Of a stretch of DNA of 52,934 nt, positions 8,483 to 18,092 are shown one piece after another. This DNA comes from a virus (lineage: Duplodnaviria > Caudoviricetes), in the IMG/VR virus record IMGVR_UViG_3300028586_000799, positions 1-52,934 of that record. The stretch is one strand, 5' to 3'. The position numbers and the translations under genes were made by a program. How positions within the stretch are numbered: the stretch's first letter is position 1; every line of letters starts with the position of its first letter. Below the pieces are notes generated by a model. The model was not told the DNA's origin. It worked only from the letters and a program-made list of their open reading frames with translations, and did no database searches.

Positions 8483-10170
8483 GTTTAGGAACCATCATGC
8501 AGATAGGGAACGTCTATAAGATAGAGTTCTCCTTCAGACCATCCATTAATGAGGCCGTGAAGCAATTACCCGAGCGAAAGTTCATCTATGCAGAGAAGTA
8601 CTGGACCGTGCCGGTAATGTACAAGACAGCAGTTAAGGCCTTTGCTGAAAAGCATAAACTTGACTTCAGTGACGAATCAGGCATTGAGCCTGAAACAGAA
8701 TTTGTTATACCTCCTTTACCTGAACTAAAGATTGACATCCCCACCAACCGTCCCATGCTTCCGTGGCAACCTGGAGGGGTAGCATACGCAATGGAAAAAC
8801 AGCGCTTGATTATGGGCGATGACATGGGATTAGGTAAGACCTCTCAGGCTATTATCGCCATGGAAGGATTGCACGTTACCGGTCGAGCAGCATATCCATG
8901 TTTGATCATCTGCCCATCAGCTGTAAAGGAAAATTGGGTACTGGAGATTAAAGCAAATGTGAAACGTACAGGCATTGTGCTCAAGGATAGCGTTAAGAAT
9001 ACTTACCCTGAGTTCTTTCGGGTTGGGATGAGCCAATACTTCATCTGCAACTTTGAGAGCCTTAAAAAGTACTTTGTAGATCGAATCGACACTCCGGAAC
9101 CAGGCAAGAAGCTTCGCATCAACAACATTCACTTTAAACAAAAATACCTCGACTTCTTTAAATCTGTGATCGTTGATGAGAGCCATAAGGTTAAAGCCCT
9201 AACCAGCCAGAATACGAAGTTCACCAAAGGTATTTGCACCGGCAAAGAAACGATCTTTCTCCTGACAGGTACCCCGATCGTGAACAAGCCAAAGGATCTT
9301 GTTTCCCAGCTTGGAATCTTAAACCGCTTAGGTGATTTCGGCGGCTATAAGTATTTTGAGAAGCGGTATTGCTCAGGGCCCAAGGAAGCTTCAAACATGA
9401 AAGAGCTGAACTACAAGCTTAATCTGATCTGCTTTTACCGCCGGAACAAGACTGATCCTGATATCAAGAAGTTCCTTCCGGATAAAGCTCGTCAGGTGAT
9501 CCAGTGCGAACTTGATCCTGAACACCGCAGAGAGTACATGCATGCTCAGGCTGATCTTGAGTCTTACATGGTGAACATCAAAAAGCAATCTGATGAGCAG
9601 GTGGCAAAGTCCATGAAAGGAGAGGTGATGGTGCGCATCGGGATTTTAAAGAATATCAGCGCTAGGGGGAAACTTAAAGATGCCTTCTCCTTCATTCAGG
9701 ATATCATCGACAACGGTCAAAAAATCGTGGTTTTTGCCAGCTTGAAAGATGTAATTGCAAAGGTTCAGGAGAAGTTTCCAAGGTCAGTTCGTGTCACCGG
9801 TGCTGAGGATGGTAAACAGAAGCAGGCAGCAGTTGAAGCTTTCCAGAATGATCCGAAGATTCAGGTGATTGTACTGAACCTAAAAGCCGGTGGAGTAGGG
9901 ATCAACGGTCTGCAGAATGTGGCCACTCAGATCTGCTTCATTGAATTCGGATGGCATGCTGCAATCATGGACCAAGCAGAAGACAGGCTTTACCGCACCG
10001 GCCAGCATGCAAACGTCATGTGTACCTATTTCCTTGGAAAGAACACCATTGATGAATGGAACTACAAGCTGATCAACAGCAAACGGGAAATCGCAAATAC
10101 TATAACAGGCGCAGAAGACCAAACCGAAGAGACCCTGATCGATAGTGTGATGACTCTATTTAGTAAATAA
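8479..10170 (+). CDS. SNF2-family helicase with N-terminal HARP-like domain
   Basis: GDDMGLGKT (Walker A), IVDESH (Walker B), LTGTPIVN, QAEDRLYRTGQ. Confidence 0.9.
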   Translation: MSLGTIMQIGNVYKIEFSFRPSINEAVKQLPERKFIYAEKYWTVPVMYKTAVKAFAEKHKLDFSDESGIEPETEFVIPPLPELKIDIPTNRPMLPWQPGGVAYAMEKQRLIMGDDMGLGKTSQAIIAMEGLHVTGRAAYPCLIICPSAVKENWVLEIKANVKRTGIVLKDSVKNTYPEFFRVGMSQYFICNFESLKKYFVDRIDTPEPGKKLRINNIHFKQKYLDFFKSVIVDESHKVKALTSQNTKFTKGICTGKETIFLLTGTPIVNKPKDLVSQLGILNRLGDFGGYKYFEKRYCSGPKEASNMKELNYKLNLICFYRRNKTDPDIKKFLPDKARQVIQCELDPEHRREYMHAQADLESYMVNIKKQSDEQVAKSMKGEVMVRIGILKNISARGKLKDAFSFIQDIIDNGQKIVVFASLKDVIAKVQEKFPRSVRVTGAEDGKQKQAAVEAFQNDPKIQVIVLNLKAGGVGINGLQNVATQICFIEFGWHAAIMDQAEDRLYRTGQHANVMCTYFLGKNTIDEWNYKLINSKREIANTITGAEDQTEETLIDSVMTLFSK

Positions 10171-10190
10171 CTAACAAAAACTAACCAATC

Positions 10191-10583
10191 ATGCAAGCTA
10201 CAGATATGTTTACCAGCGTCATTGACGCCCACCTGCAAAGTGTCGCGCAAGCGGATCCACTTTTTGCAGCAACATTAACAAAGCCTAACAAGAATATTAA
10301 AGATTGCTGCACATACATCCTCAATGAAGTAAAGAAGAGCGGGAGAAACGGCTTCGCTGACGAAGAGATCTTTGGGATGGCTGTTCACTACTATGACGAG
10401 GACGATATTCAACCAGGTGCAGCGGTGAAGGCTCAGGTGGTTGTAAATCACCGGATAGAAGGTACTAAGCAAAAGATGGAGAAAGCCATTGAAGCTAGAA
10501 AGCACTCCCCTGAGGTTAAGAAAGCACCTAAAAAGCCTGCTTCCGTAGATAAAGATCTGGTTAACCAAATTTCATTGTTTTGA
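10191..10583 (+). CDS. PcfK-like protein (family that includes AcrIIA9)
   Basis: DPLFA...KNIKDCCTYILNEVKKSGRNGFADEEIFGMAVHYYDED; directly upstream of PcfJ. Confidence 0.85.
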   Translation: MQATDMFTSVIDAHLQSVAQADPLFAATLTKPNKNIKDCCTYILNEVKKSGRNGFADEEIFGMAVHYYDEDDIQPGAAVKAQVVVNHRIEGTKQKMEKAIEARKHSPEVKKAPKKPASVDKDLVNQISLF

Positions 10584-10584
10584 T

Positions 10585-11877
10585 ATGAAACCAAGAAACA
10601 AATTTCAGGTCAGGGTGGATGCGCTTAGTAAAACGCTCTGGCCTATTGCAAAGAAGCTTGAGCCATGGGCATTCAAGAATTGTATCGAGCACGTTGGTCA
10701 TAGAAATAAGATGTGGACCAGCTGTTTAAGCTGTGGCCACGTTTGGCCGACTACCTCTATGCGGATCAAGATAGAGGTTTGTGAATCGTGCAAGTTCAAA
10801 CTAAAGCTTACCACAACGAGAAAACTTAAATCCCGTGACTGGGCGAGGTTCTGCGTGTTCGATGTTGTTGAGGAGTTTCAGGTGATCAGGTACTTTGATA
10901 TTAATTGCCTAATGAAAGCAAAAGAAAAGCCTTATTACTACACGCGTGAACTTATGCAGCACTGGATTTTGCCTGACGGAACCTTCGAGATCAGGAGTGT
11001 GCAAGTAGGTGGTATGGGATTATCTTATGATCACTTTTGCGGCGGTGAAATGTCGCTTAAGAGCAAGAAAGATCTCTGGAAGTACAATATCTCAGTATAC
11101 AAGGTACATCCTGAAATTAAGTTGATGCCTGTGTATAAGCGTAACGGACTGACATCAAAGCTGGAGAACATCAAGCCCTTTGATCTGCTAAAGTACCTGC
11201 CTAACGACGCTAAAGCAGAAACCCTACTAAAGGCCGGTCAGATGGGTTTATTAAGTGCTCACTTAGGTGAACGGGGCTCTGCGGTGTACCGGTTCTGGCC
11301 ATCTGTTAAGATCTGTATTCGCCAAGGCTACACCATTAAGGATGCAATCACCTGGCTAGATTACCTTGATCTATTGCATTATTTCGCCAAGGATCTGCGT
11401 AGCCCAAAGTACGTGTGTCCTAGGAATCTTAAGCTCGAGCACGACAAGCTGGTCGCCAAAAAAACGGAGGTTCAAAAAAGGCGCGACCTGGAGCAGAAGC
11501 GTAAACAGGCTGAACTTGATCAGAAATCGTATGCCGAAGCAAAGGCTGCATATTTCGGACTTGTCTTCCAGGACAATGAGCTAACCGTAAAGGTTCTCGA
11601 ATCCGTTCAGGAGTTCATGGAAGAGGGAGATGCCCATAAGCATTGCGTATTCACCAATTCATATTACAAGAAAGAAGATTCATTGGTGTTTTCTGCCCGA
11701 GTAAATGGCAAGGCAGTCGAAACAGTTGAGGTATCTCTGTCCAAAATGGAGGTTCAGCAGTCAAGGGGATTGCAGAATAAAGCGTCTGATTACAACAAAC
11801 GAATCCTTGATCTCATCCGAAAAAACATGCATGTAATTGCCTCAAGGTGTAAGGAGGTAAGAAGAGAGGTAGCATAA
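10585..11877 (+). CDS. PcfJ-domain protein
   Basis: N-terminal CxxC pairs; WLDYLDLL, PRNLKLEHD, EEGDAHKHCV, QSRGLQN. Confidence 0.85.
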   Translation: MKPRNKFQVRVDALSKTLWPIAKKLEPWAFKNCIEHVGHRNKMWTSCLSCGHVWPTTSMRIKIEVCESCKFKLKLTTTRKLKSRDWARFCVFDVVEEFQVIRYFDINCLMKAKEKPYYYTRELMQHWILPDGTFEIRSVQVGGMGLSYDHFCGGEMSLKSKKDLWKYNISVYKVHPEIKLMPVYKRNGLTSKLENIKPFDLLKYLPNDAKAETLLKAGQMGLLSAHLGERGSAVYRFWPSVKICIRQGYTIKDAITWLDYLDLLHYFAKDLRSPKYVCPRNLKLEHDKLVAKKTEVQKRRDLEQKRKQAELDQKSYAEAKAAYFGLVFQDNELTVKVLESVQEFMEEGDAHKHCVFTNSYYKKEDSLVFSARVNGKAVETVEVSLSKMEVQQSRGLQNKASDYNKRILDLIRKNMHVIASRCKEVRREVA

Positions 11878-11882
11878 TGGTT

Positions 11883-12137
11883 TCAAGAAATTGATTTGTA
11901 AATGAACATGAGCGCCATAATTCCACAGCAAATGATGCCCCACCACAATCTGAATAATGAACCTTCCAGTATAATCTTTTCTCGAAACCAATACAACGAA
12001 AACAGCCCTGAAGAAACAAAAAGGCATAATATGCCAAGCCCAAATAATTTCAAATCAATCATGACTAAAGATATAAAACAAACCAACATGTTTGCCAGCA
12101 CTAAGCGCCTGCAGATGAATGAAAGCATTGAACTCAC
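11883..12137 (-). CDS. Small membrane protein (moron-like)
   Basis: 84 aa, three hydrophobic segments, antisense to the early operon; competes with + ORF 11902..12207. Confidence 0.35.
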   Translation of the reverse strand: MSSMLSFICRRLVLANMLVCFISLVMIDLKLFGLGILCLFVSSGLFSLYWFREKIILEGSLFRLWWGIICCGIMALMFIYKSIS

Positions 12138-12238
12138 GGTTCAATCACTAAAAGCCTACAGGCCGAAATTGGAAGCCCTTGAACCAAAATTAACATTGGA
12201 AAGATAAATAATATGGATCTAAACCATAATTTGCAAAC

Positions 12239-12604
12239 ATGAGCAACAGTGAGAAAATTAATGTCTACGTGTACACCGGTTTACCCGATGAAAAGAAGGA
12301 TGAGTTTGTTGCTCGTGTTAAAGAAACTGACCCTGAACTCATTATCTCTGTTGTCGGTGAAAAGCTTGGTATAGCTGTAGATCAGATTAAAAGCAATACT
12401 CGAAAGCGTGACGTAGTAGAAGCCAGGTTCATTGCGGTTTCCCTGATCATGATTGCAAATCCTGAGTTTACATTGAAGAAAGTAGGAGAAATATTTAACC
12501 GGGATCACTCCACCATTGTTTATGCCCGCGATTCATTTAACCATCTTATGAAAACGAACAAAGTCTTTAAGGATAAAGTCGCGTTGGTGAAGCAAAGGGT
12601 GTGA
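12239..12604 (+). CDS. Stand-alone DnaA C-terminal (domain IV)-like HTH protein
   Basis: RKRDVVEARFIA...TLKKVGEIFNRDHSTIVYA. Confidence 0.8.
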   Translation: MSNSEKINVYVYTGLPDEKKDEFVARVKETDPELIISVVGEKLGIAVDQIKSNTRKRDVVEARFIAVSLIMIANPEFTLKKVGEIFNRDHSTIVYARDSFNHLMKTNKVFKDKVALVKQRV

Positions 12605-12629
12605 TCTAGCATTCTTTTTCCACTTGTAA

Positions 12630-12655
12630 TATGCTTAAATAACATATTGCGCATA
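12630..12655 (+). promoter_or_regulatory. Operator-like motif copy 2
   Basis: TATGC TTAAATA ACATA TTGC GCATA upstream of the replication initiator. Confidence 0.65.
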
Positions 12656-12800
12656 TAAATATAATTAACTAATTTAGCGGTTCCGGTTGGCAGCCGTAAG
12701 ACATTCAAACATTACCTCACAAGCCATCCTTGCGATTCTAGCAAGAAGTAAGCTGCCAACCTTAACGGCTTGTGGGGTAATGTTTACCAATCAACCTGGT

Positions 12801-13535
12801 ATGGATTATATAAAGCAGATAAATGCTTTTTGGGCTAAATGCGAGTTGGATATGGATCTAAAACCATCGTCTTCGATCGTGTACCTGGCATTGCTTCAGA
12901 TCAACAACAGATGTGGTTGGAAGGATCGTTTCCGCGTTTCCTTCGGCCAAGTCTTAAGTATGACTGGAATCACTAAAAACACGTACTATTCTGCATTAAA
13001 AGAACTCGTCGACGGTGGTTACGTTGTGTACGAAAAGGGTCCAAATCAGTATCAATCTGCCTTCTTTCAGATAAATATGCTATACCAAAATTTGGTACTG
13101 CAAGAGGAAAGCACAGGGAATGCACTTGGTACAGCACAGGGAATGCATCAGGAAAGCACAGGGAATATTCCTAAACCTTTAAAAACAACTAAACCAGAAA
13201 CAATAAAACATGTAGGTGGGAATAAAAAATTTATTCCACCATCACACACAGAGGTTCAGGAATTCTTTGAATCAAAAATCAATGAAACATTTTGGACACC
13301 TGATCAATGCAAATTTCAGGCTGATCGATTTGTGAACTTCTATGAATCAAAAAACTGGATGGTGGGAAAAACTAAAATGGCCAAATGGAAATCAGCAGCA
13401 TCTGGATGGGTTAACCGATCCATTGAAGATCAAAAGCAAAGAACCGGAAGCAATCAGAATGGTCAGCTATCAAAATTCGAAAAACTCCAAAAATCTTATA
13501 ACGAAGTCATTAACCCTTACTTACCAAAGCCATGA
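12801..13535 (+). CDS. Phage replication initiator protein
   Basis: N-terminal winged-helix-like region (YLALLQINNRCGW...ALKELVDGGYV), FIPPSHTEV, FYESKNW...WKSAASGW; internal iterons; start at MDYIKQ preferred. Confidence 0.75.
   Translation: MDYIKQINAFWAKCELDMDLKPSSSIVYLALLQINNRCGWKDRFRVSFGQVLSMTGITKNTYYSALKELVDGGYVVYEKGPNQYQSAFFQINMLYQNLVLQEESTGNALGTAQGMHQESTGNIPKPLKTTKPETIKHVGGNKKFIPPSHTEVQEFFESKINETFWTPDQCKFQADRFVNFYESKNWMVGKTKMAKWKSAASGWVNRSIEDQKQRTGSNQNGQLSKFEKLQKSYNEVINPYLPKP
13110..13166 (+). repeat. Three AGCACAGGGAAT iterons: candidate phage replication origin
   Basis: Exact 12-mer at 13110, 13133 and 13155, followed by an A-rich tract. Confidence 0.7.
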
Positions 13536-14341
13536 GTGATATCCAACTTTACCAGCAGCCAAACGGTTTAGCCGCCCTTCCGCAAAGAGTTGCCGAAATC
13601 AAAGCAGCCCTCTCAAGCCGAATGATCAAGGATCTTTCCGAGCCTGAACTTTTCGAATTGTTCAAATCTAATATTTCCAAATGCTATGTGATCTCCCGTT
13701 TTGCGGCACCTGAAGGAATTGAACTTACCGTGATCATTGATGAGACTATGAAAATGGCAAAATCAAGATTTGGCAATTTGAGATCAGATGAGATCAGCAT
13801 AGCATTCACCAGGGGAATTGCCAAAGAGTACGGCGACTACATGGGATTAAGCTTCATCACGTTTGTCGAATGGTTGAAGGCTTACATGAAGGAAGAGACA
13901 AGGATCAATTTAACCAAACCAGCGCCCGAGATTAAAACCGAACCAACCCGAGAAGAGAAATTTGATCTGTTTGTCACCAACGCTCTACAAGCCTTCAGCG
14001 GATATCAGGCCGGTAAAGACATTTCCCTTGTCGCATCTTCCGTTTACCGCTTCCTGCGCAGGTTGGATTTTTTCATTTACAGCGAGCAAGAACAGGAAGA
14101 GTTTTTAACCCGGGCACAGAAGGAAGTCATTGCACATCTCCAGCTAAAGAAAAGCACGGTACTGGATAAGAACCTCCGAAATCAGATTGAAAAACAACTT
14201 GCAGCACCAGAAACGCTTGAACAAACTATTATTCTTCATGCGCAACGCCTTGGATTGTACACTTACTTTCAAACTCTGATCATTGAAGAATCTGATCTCA
14301 AGCAGATGCTAGAAGCGAAAAAGGCACAAGTGTTATGCTAA
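13532..14341 (+). CDS. Hypothetical protein, helicase-loader-like position
   Basis: 269 aa, ATGA overlap with the initiator. Confidence 0.6.
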   Translation: MSDIQLYQQPNGLAALPQRVAEIKAALSSRMIKDLSEPELFELFKSNISKCYVISRFAAPEGIELTVIIDETMKMAKSRFGNLRSDEISIAFTRGIAKEYGDYMGLSFITFVEWLKAYMKEETRINLTKPAPEIKTEPTREEKFDLFVTNALQAFSGYQAGKDISLVASSVYRFLRRLDFFIYSEQEQEEFLTRAQKEVIAHLQLKKSTVLDKNLRNQIEKQLAAPETLEQTIILHAQRLGLYTYFQTLIIEESDLKQMLEAKKAQVLC

Positions 14342-14396
14342 ACACATTATTTCCCATTTCTCAAACTTCACAACATTAAAAGCAAAAATCTATAAA

Positions 14397-14642
14397 ATGG
14401 AACAAAAAAGCAAAACGGATCTTCAAATCTTCATTGAGAAGTTCCAGCCGTCAAAATTCAAAGAATTGAAAAATAGCATTGAGGTGCGTAGCGTCGTAGA
14501 TGTCGAATCAGCATCAAATAAAGCCACAGAATTGATTAAGTCGCTAAAACTGGGGCTAGTGGTGGTCAGAGATGCAAACGCAGCTTGTAGGGGAGCATTT
14601 GAGGTGAAAAACTTCCTTAACACTCTATCTTTTGATGCTTGA
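14397..14642 (+). CDS. Hypothetical protein
   Basis: 81 aa ORF with A-rich start context. Confidence 0.5.
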   Translation: MEQKSKTDLQIFIEKFQPSKFKELKNSIEVRSVVDVESASNKATELIKSLKLGLVVVRDANAACRGAFEVKNFLNTLSFDA

Positions 14643-15134
14643 ATTCGATCTAAGAAAATATTCTGTGAATAACAGTTTCAAGAAAATACTTAATACTTCT
14701 CCGACGATTCCCATACTAACTAGTATGATGATGATGATAAAAATCATTCTGGTGTTCCTAAGGAGATCAATAATAGACGTTTCTGAAGCAATCGCTTGAT
14801 TATCCTGCGGAGCTTGGTTAATTAAGAACTGAAGTAAAGAGGTGCATATAAAAGTCAGAGCGCAGAAGATAGATATTGCCGCAATCCGATTTAATCTAAA
14901 TGATATTCTCTCAAGGTCTGGCGTGGTGAGTGTTCTTGCCCATGCAAAGCAGGTGTTAGCTAGCGAGAGAAACACTGCAAAGCCAATACTAGTGAACTGA
15001 ACGGTAATTATGCTTGGATCCGAAACTAAAGCAGATGTAAATACAAATCCTGCAATGAGCAGGAAAATACAAAAGAGGACAAATAGAACTTTGAAATAGA
15101 TAAAGTTACTTTTCTTGTGACCGAGACGTGCCAT
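14625..15134 (-). CDS. Four-TM membrane protein (moron)
   Basis: 169 aa with four hydrophobic helices, opposite strand, AT-rich. Confidence 0.65.
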   Translation of the reverse strand: MARLGHKKSNFIYFKVLFVLFCIFLLIAGFVFTSALVSDPSIITVQFTSIGFAVFLSLANTCFAWARTLTTPDLERISFRLNRIAAISIFCALTFICTSLLQFLINQAPQDNQAIASETSIIDLLRNTRMIFIIIIILVSMGIVGEVLSIFLKLLFTEYFLRSNSSIKR

Positions 15135-15186
15135 TGGTTTTTGGCGAAAGTATCAAATTATAGCAATACATACAAATCAAGTCACC

Positions 15187-15813
15187 ATGACAACACGCGA
15201 AGTACACGAGGCTGTAAAAGCCTTCTTTGGAAACTACGAGTACCCGCTGCTAAACACTTTTGTTTTCACCTGGGAGTCCGACTTCTTTGCCATCAGCAAA
15301 TCCGGATACAGCGTAGAGGTGGAGGTGAAGGTAAGCCGGGCCGATTTCAAGAAGGACTTTACGCATAAAACGGATAAGCACATCCTGTTTACCAGGCATA
15401 AGGAATTTGCTTTCTGCAAAAAGATATACGATGCCAATGAGCATTCATTTGTGCATGATGGCGAATGGATACATCCAAAATCCTCAATGATCAGATGGAC
15501 CAAGCCCTGTGAAAGCCTGCCAAACAAATTCTTTTACGCTTGCCCTGAAGGCTTGATTGCACCAGGTGAGGTGCCAGCCTATGCCGGCCTGATCTATGTG
15601 CAAAAAGAGGATATAATGAAACCATATTGCCGGATCGTGAAGCAAGCACCATTCCTACACAAGAATAAAAAATGCTTTGACAATATCCTGCTCGGAAAGT
15701 ACTACCACCGGAGTAATGAAGTATCACAACTGCTGCAATCGTTCAGGCGGTACCAGAACCTAACCGACCACCAAGATCAGGAGCTTAAAAGGATCATAGA
15801 AAGGCTTCACTAA
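15187..15813 (+). CDS. MmcB-like PD-(D/E)XK nuclease
   Basis: ESDFFAI...EVEVKVSRADFKKDF...FFYACPEGLI...YAGLIY. Confidence 0.7.
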   Translation: MTTREVHEAVKAFFGNYEYPLLNTFVFTWESDFFAISKSGYSVEVEVKVSRADFKKDFTHKTDKHILFTRHKEFAFCKKIYDANEHSFVHDGEWIHPKSSMIRWTKPCESLPNKFFYACPEGLIAPGEVPAYAGLIYVQKEDIMKPYCRIVKQAPFLHKNKKCFDNILLGKYYHRSNEVSQLLQSFRRYQNLTDHQDQELKRIIERLH

Positions 15814-15817
15814 CGAA
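15758..15817 (+). repeat. Imperfect 60-bp direct repeat, copy 1 (3' end of MmcB-like gene)
   Basis: About 49/60 identical by eye to 16265..16324. Confidence 0.8.
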
Positions 15818-15885
15818 AGCAGTTATATGTAACGCTATTGTTACAATAGTTAATTTGTTGTACCTTGGTTACTCAAAATCAAAGT

Positions 15886-16233
15886 ATGAAAAGAGATCTA
15901 ACGTTATCAAAAAAAATCCTTGCATTCATCGAAGTAGAACCTGTGACTAGGTATGTAATGAATGTTAAAATCGAAGGCTACAGTAAGCAAGAAGTGGACT
16001 ATCATCTACAGCTGCTTGAAGATGCAGGGTATGTTCTTTGTCATCACACTGGGGATGGTCATAAACCAAAAAGGCTGACTAATGACGGACACGACTTTCT
16101 AGAAGCTTCTAGGAACGAAGGCGTATGGAATAAGATGATCAAAACTGGTAAAGACAAGGGGATAGAGCTATCATTCTCGTTAGCAAAAGAGATGATGATA
16201 TCTTACACGAAAGATTTGATAGGGCTGTCTTAA
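15886..16233 (+). CDS. DUF2513-family protein
   Basis: MKRDL..KKIL...YHLQLLEDAGYV...RLTNDGHDFLEASR..VWNK. Confidence 0.8.
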   Translation: MKRDLTLSKKILAFIEVEPVTRYVMNVKIEGYSKQEVDYHLQLLEDAGYVLCHHTGDGHKPKRLTNDGHDFLEASRNEGVWNKMIKTGKDKGIELSFSLAKEMMISYTKDLIGLS

Positions 16234-16264
16234 TTTGACAGACCGAATTCCCCCGCTCAAAAAG

Positions 16265-16324
16265 ACCTACCAAATCACCAGGATCAGGAGCTTAAAAAGA
16301 TTGTTGATAGGCTTCATTAACGAA
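16265..16324 (+). repeat. Imperfect 60-bp direct repeat, copy 2 (orphan gene 3' fragment)
   Basis: Encodes DLPNHQDQELKKIVDRLH* versus NLTDHQDQELKRIIERLH*. Confidence 0.8.
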
Positions 16325-16325
16325 C

Positions 16326-16351
16326 AAAGCCCCTCAAGTCTGAGAGGCTTT
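16326..16351. terminator. Bidirectional intrinsic terminator
   Basis: AAAGCCCCTCA-AGTC-TGAGAGGCTTT between convergent genes. Confidence 0.6.
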
Positions 16352-16367
16352 GATTGAAAGTTATAAT

Positions 16368-17171
16368 TTACTTAGCAAGTTTATAGCGAATGTTTGCGAT
16401 TGCAAGGCCTTCAACTGGCTCATCGCCAGTGGGACTATCACCACTTGTTAATGTGATCATCGTGAATGGTTCTGTTGCTTTTACCGCAACCAAACGTGCA
16501 CCTGATGGACTCTTTGTTACCACCTGACCTACTGAACCCTTGTTGCTATCAAAAACCCAGTCGCCGTACGAAGCACCAAATCTATGATTATAGTTCTTGT
16601 GATTTGGGGCGATCTCAAACCCGAACTCAATACATGGTTTGGACAGGTATATAATTAGCTCATTTCTGCTAATCGTTGTATATAATACCTCGGGATTTTC
16701 ACCCTGAACGTAAGGTGTTTCGCCCCAGGCCGATGTCCATCCGGTTTCGTTGGATGATTTCAATTTTAAAAGTCTTGCTTCTGAACCACCCGAAGCTCCA
16801 CTGAAAAAGCCGATCGTAAGTTTTCCATTTTGGATGGAGTGGTAAGTTTTGTCGTTGTCTAGTTTCGAAATATCAACTAAACAGGTCTCATTCAGATACT
16901 CAGGTGTGGGGGTTTGGATAACTGTAAAAGGAAATCTAGGGCCTCCATAAGGATCATCCGGGGGATTAGGAAAAATTAATGCCTTAGGTGCGTCTTTTCC
17001 TGCAGGATAATCTGCAATTCTGCCACCAAAAGAAAGTTCATAGGGAGCCTGCGCAGCCGTGTTGGAAAGCTTCGTGCCTGAATCAGCTACTGGGGTTTCT
17101 TCCTTAGAACAGGAATTTAATGTCGCAAGTAGGCCCACTGCGGCAAGAGCGGTAATAAAATGTTTTTTCAT
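16368..17171 (-). CDS. Lipoprotein, paralog A
   Basis: Signal peptide with LNSC lipobox then SKEE; shares FGFE.APN and AIANIRYKLAK with the neighbour. Confidence 0.8.
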   Translation of the reverse strand: MKKHFITALAAVGLLATLNSCSKEETPVADSGTKLSNTAAQAPYELSFGGRIADYPAGKDAPKALIFPNPPDDPYGGPRFPFTVIQTPTPEYLNETCLVDISKLDNDKTYHSIQNGKLTIGFFSGASGGSEARLLKLKSSNETGWTSAWGETPYVQGENPEVLYTTISRNELIIYLSKPCIEFGFEIAPNHKNYNHRFGASYGDWVFDSNKGSVGQVVTKSPSGARLVAVKATEPFTMITLTSGDSPTGDEPVEGLAIANIRYKLAK

Positions 17172-17351
17172 GTTTAATTTGGTTTTTGATGCAGCGAAAG
17201 TAGGAGATAATCATCTGATTAGTATTAGCGCGTAAACTCTTGTTACATCAAATGTTACCTGTGTTGCTAAGTGGGAAACTAAGTGTGAATATTGGGATTT
17301 ATAGGAGTGAAAACCTTCCGATATTAAAGGACTTTCAAAAACTACCAAACT

Positions 17352-18092
17352 TTACTTTGCCAGTTTATACCTGATATTTGCAATGGCGAAACCGAAGGGT
17401 TGGTTAATGTTTTCACCTTCCCCAGCAAACGCAATTTCAACTACATTAAACGGCCTTTGAGAATTAACAGCAAATAACTTTGCGCCTCCAGGTGTCGAGG
17501 CAACATCTTGCAGGTAGGCCACTTGTGGGTTTTCCTTGCTGTCATAGAACCCAACTGAAAAGGGGTAAGCATCATAAAGATTAGGAGCAAGTTCAAAACC
17601 GAAAGTAGTCACGTATTTAGATAGGTGCAATGTTAATCGATTTTTCTGTCTGGTGTACAGTACCGCAGGTGTTTCGTTTTCTACGTTTGGCAAACTGTTC
17701 CACACTGCAGTCCAGCCAGCTGGGTATCCAGGCATTCTCCTTACGCTGTCGGTAAACGTTACTTTAATCGAATTGTCAGCGATGCAATTAATTATTGAAA
17801 AATCACCCGGTGTTTTGATTTTTAACAAGGTTGTTGAACTCTGGTAATTTTTATCAGGTAGCGGGATGGTTATAAAGCCATAAGAGATGGGTGCTTGTTG
17901 TTGTTTCAACTTTGTGGTTGAATAAGAAGGTGCTTCTACAAATGTTCTTCCATCCTCAAGTGGCACACTTAATTGGTGCCGTTTGACATTCGACACTGAA
18001 TCAGGAGATTCGGCTTGTTCGTTTTTAGTGCAGGAGTTCATTGCTCCCAGGATGCCTAGCATTGCTAAAGCAGTTAAGATTCGTTTCTTCAT
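17352..18092 (-). CDS. Lipoprotein, paralog B
   Basis: Signal peptide with MNSC lipobox then TKNE; same C-terminus as paralog A. Confidence 0.8.
   Translation of the reverse strand: MKKRILTALAMLGILGAMNSCTKNEQAESPDSVSNVKRHQLSVPLEDGRTFVEAPSYSTTKLKQQQAPISYGFITIPLPDKNYQSSTTLLKIKTPGDFSIINCIADNSIKVTFTDSVRRMPGYPAGWTAVWNSLPNVENETPAVLYTRQKNRLTLHLSKYVTTFGFELAPNLYDAYPFSVGFYDSKENPQVAYLQDVASTPGGAKLFAVNSQRPFNVVEIAFAGEGENINQPFGFAIANIRYKLAK

Noticed and set aside
11902-12207. 101-aa plus-strand ORF
   Set aside because: N/S/M-rich composition typical of the reverse complement of a hydrophobic membrane gene; not fully excluded
15758-16324. 60-bp repeat pair as a DGR template/variable repeat
   Set aside because: Mismatches involve C/T and G/A changes not confined to adenines of one copy, and no RT is present
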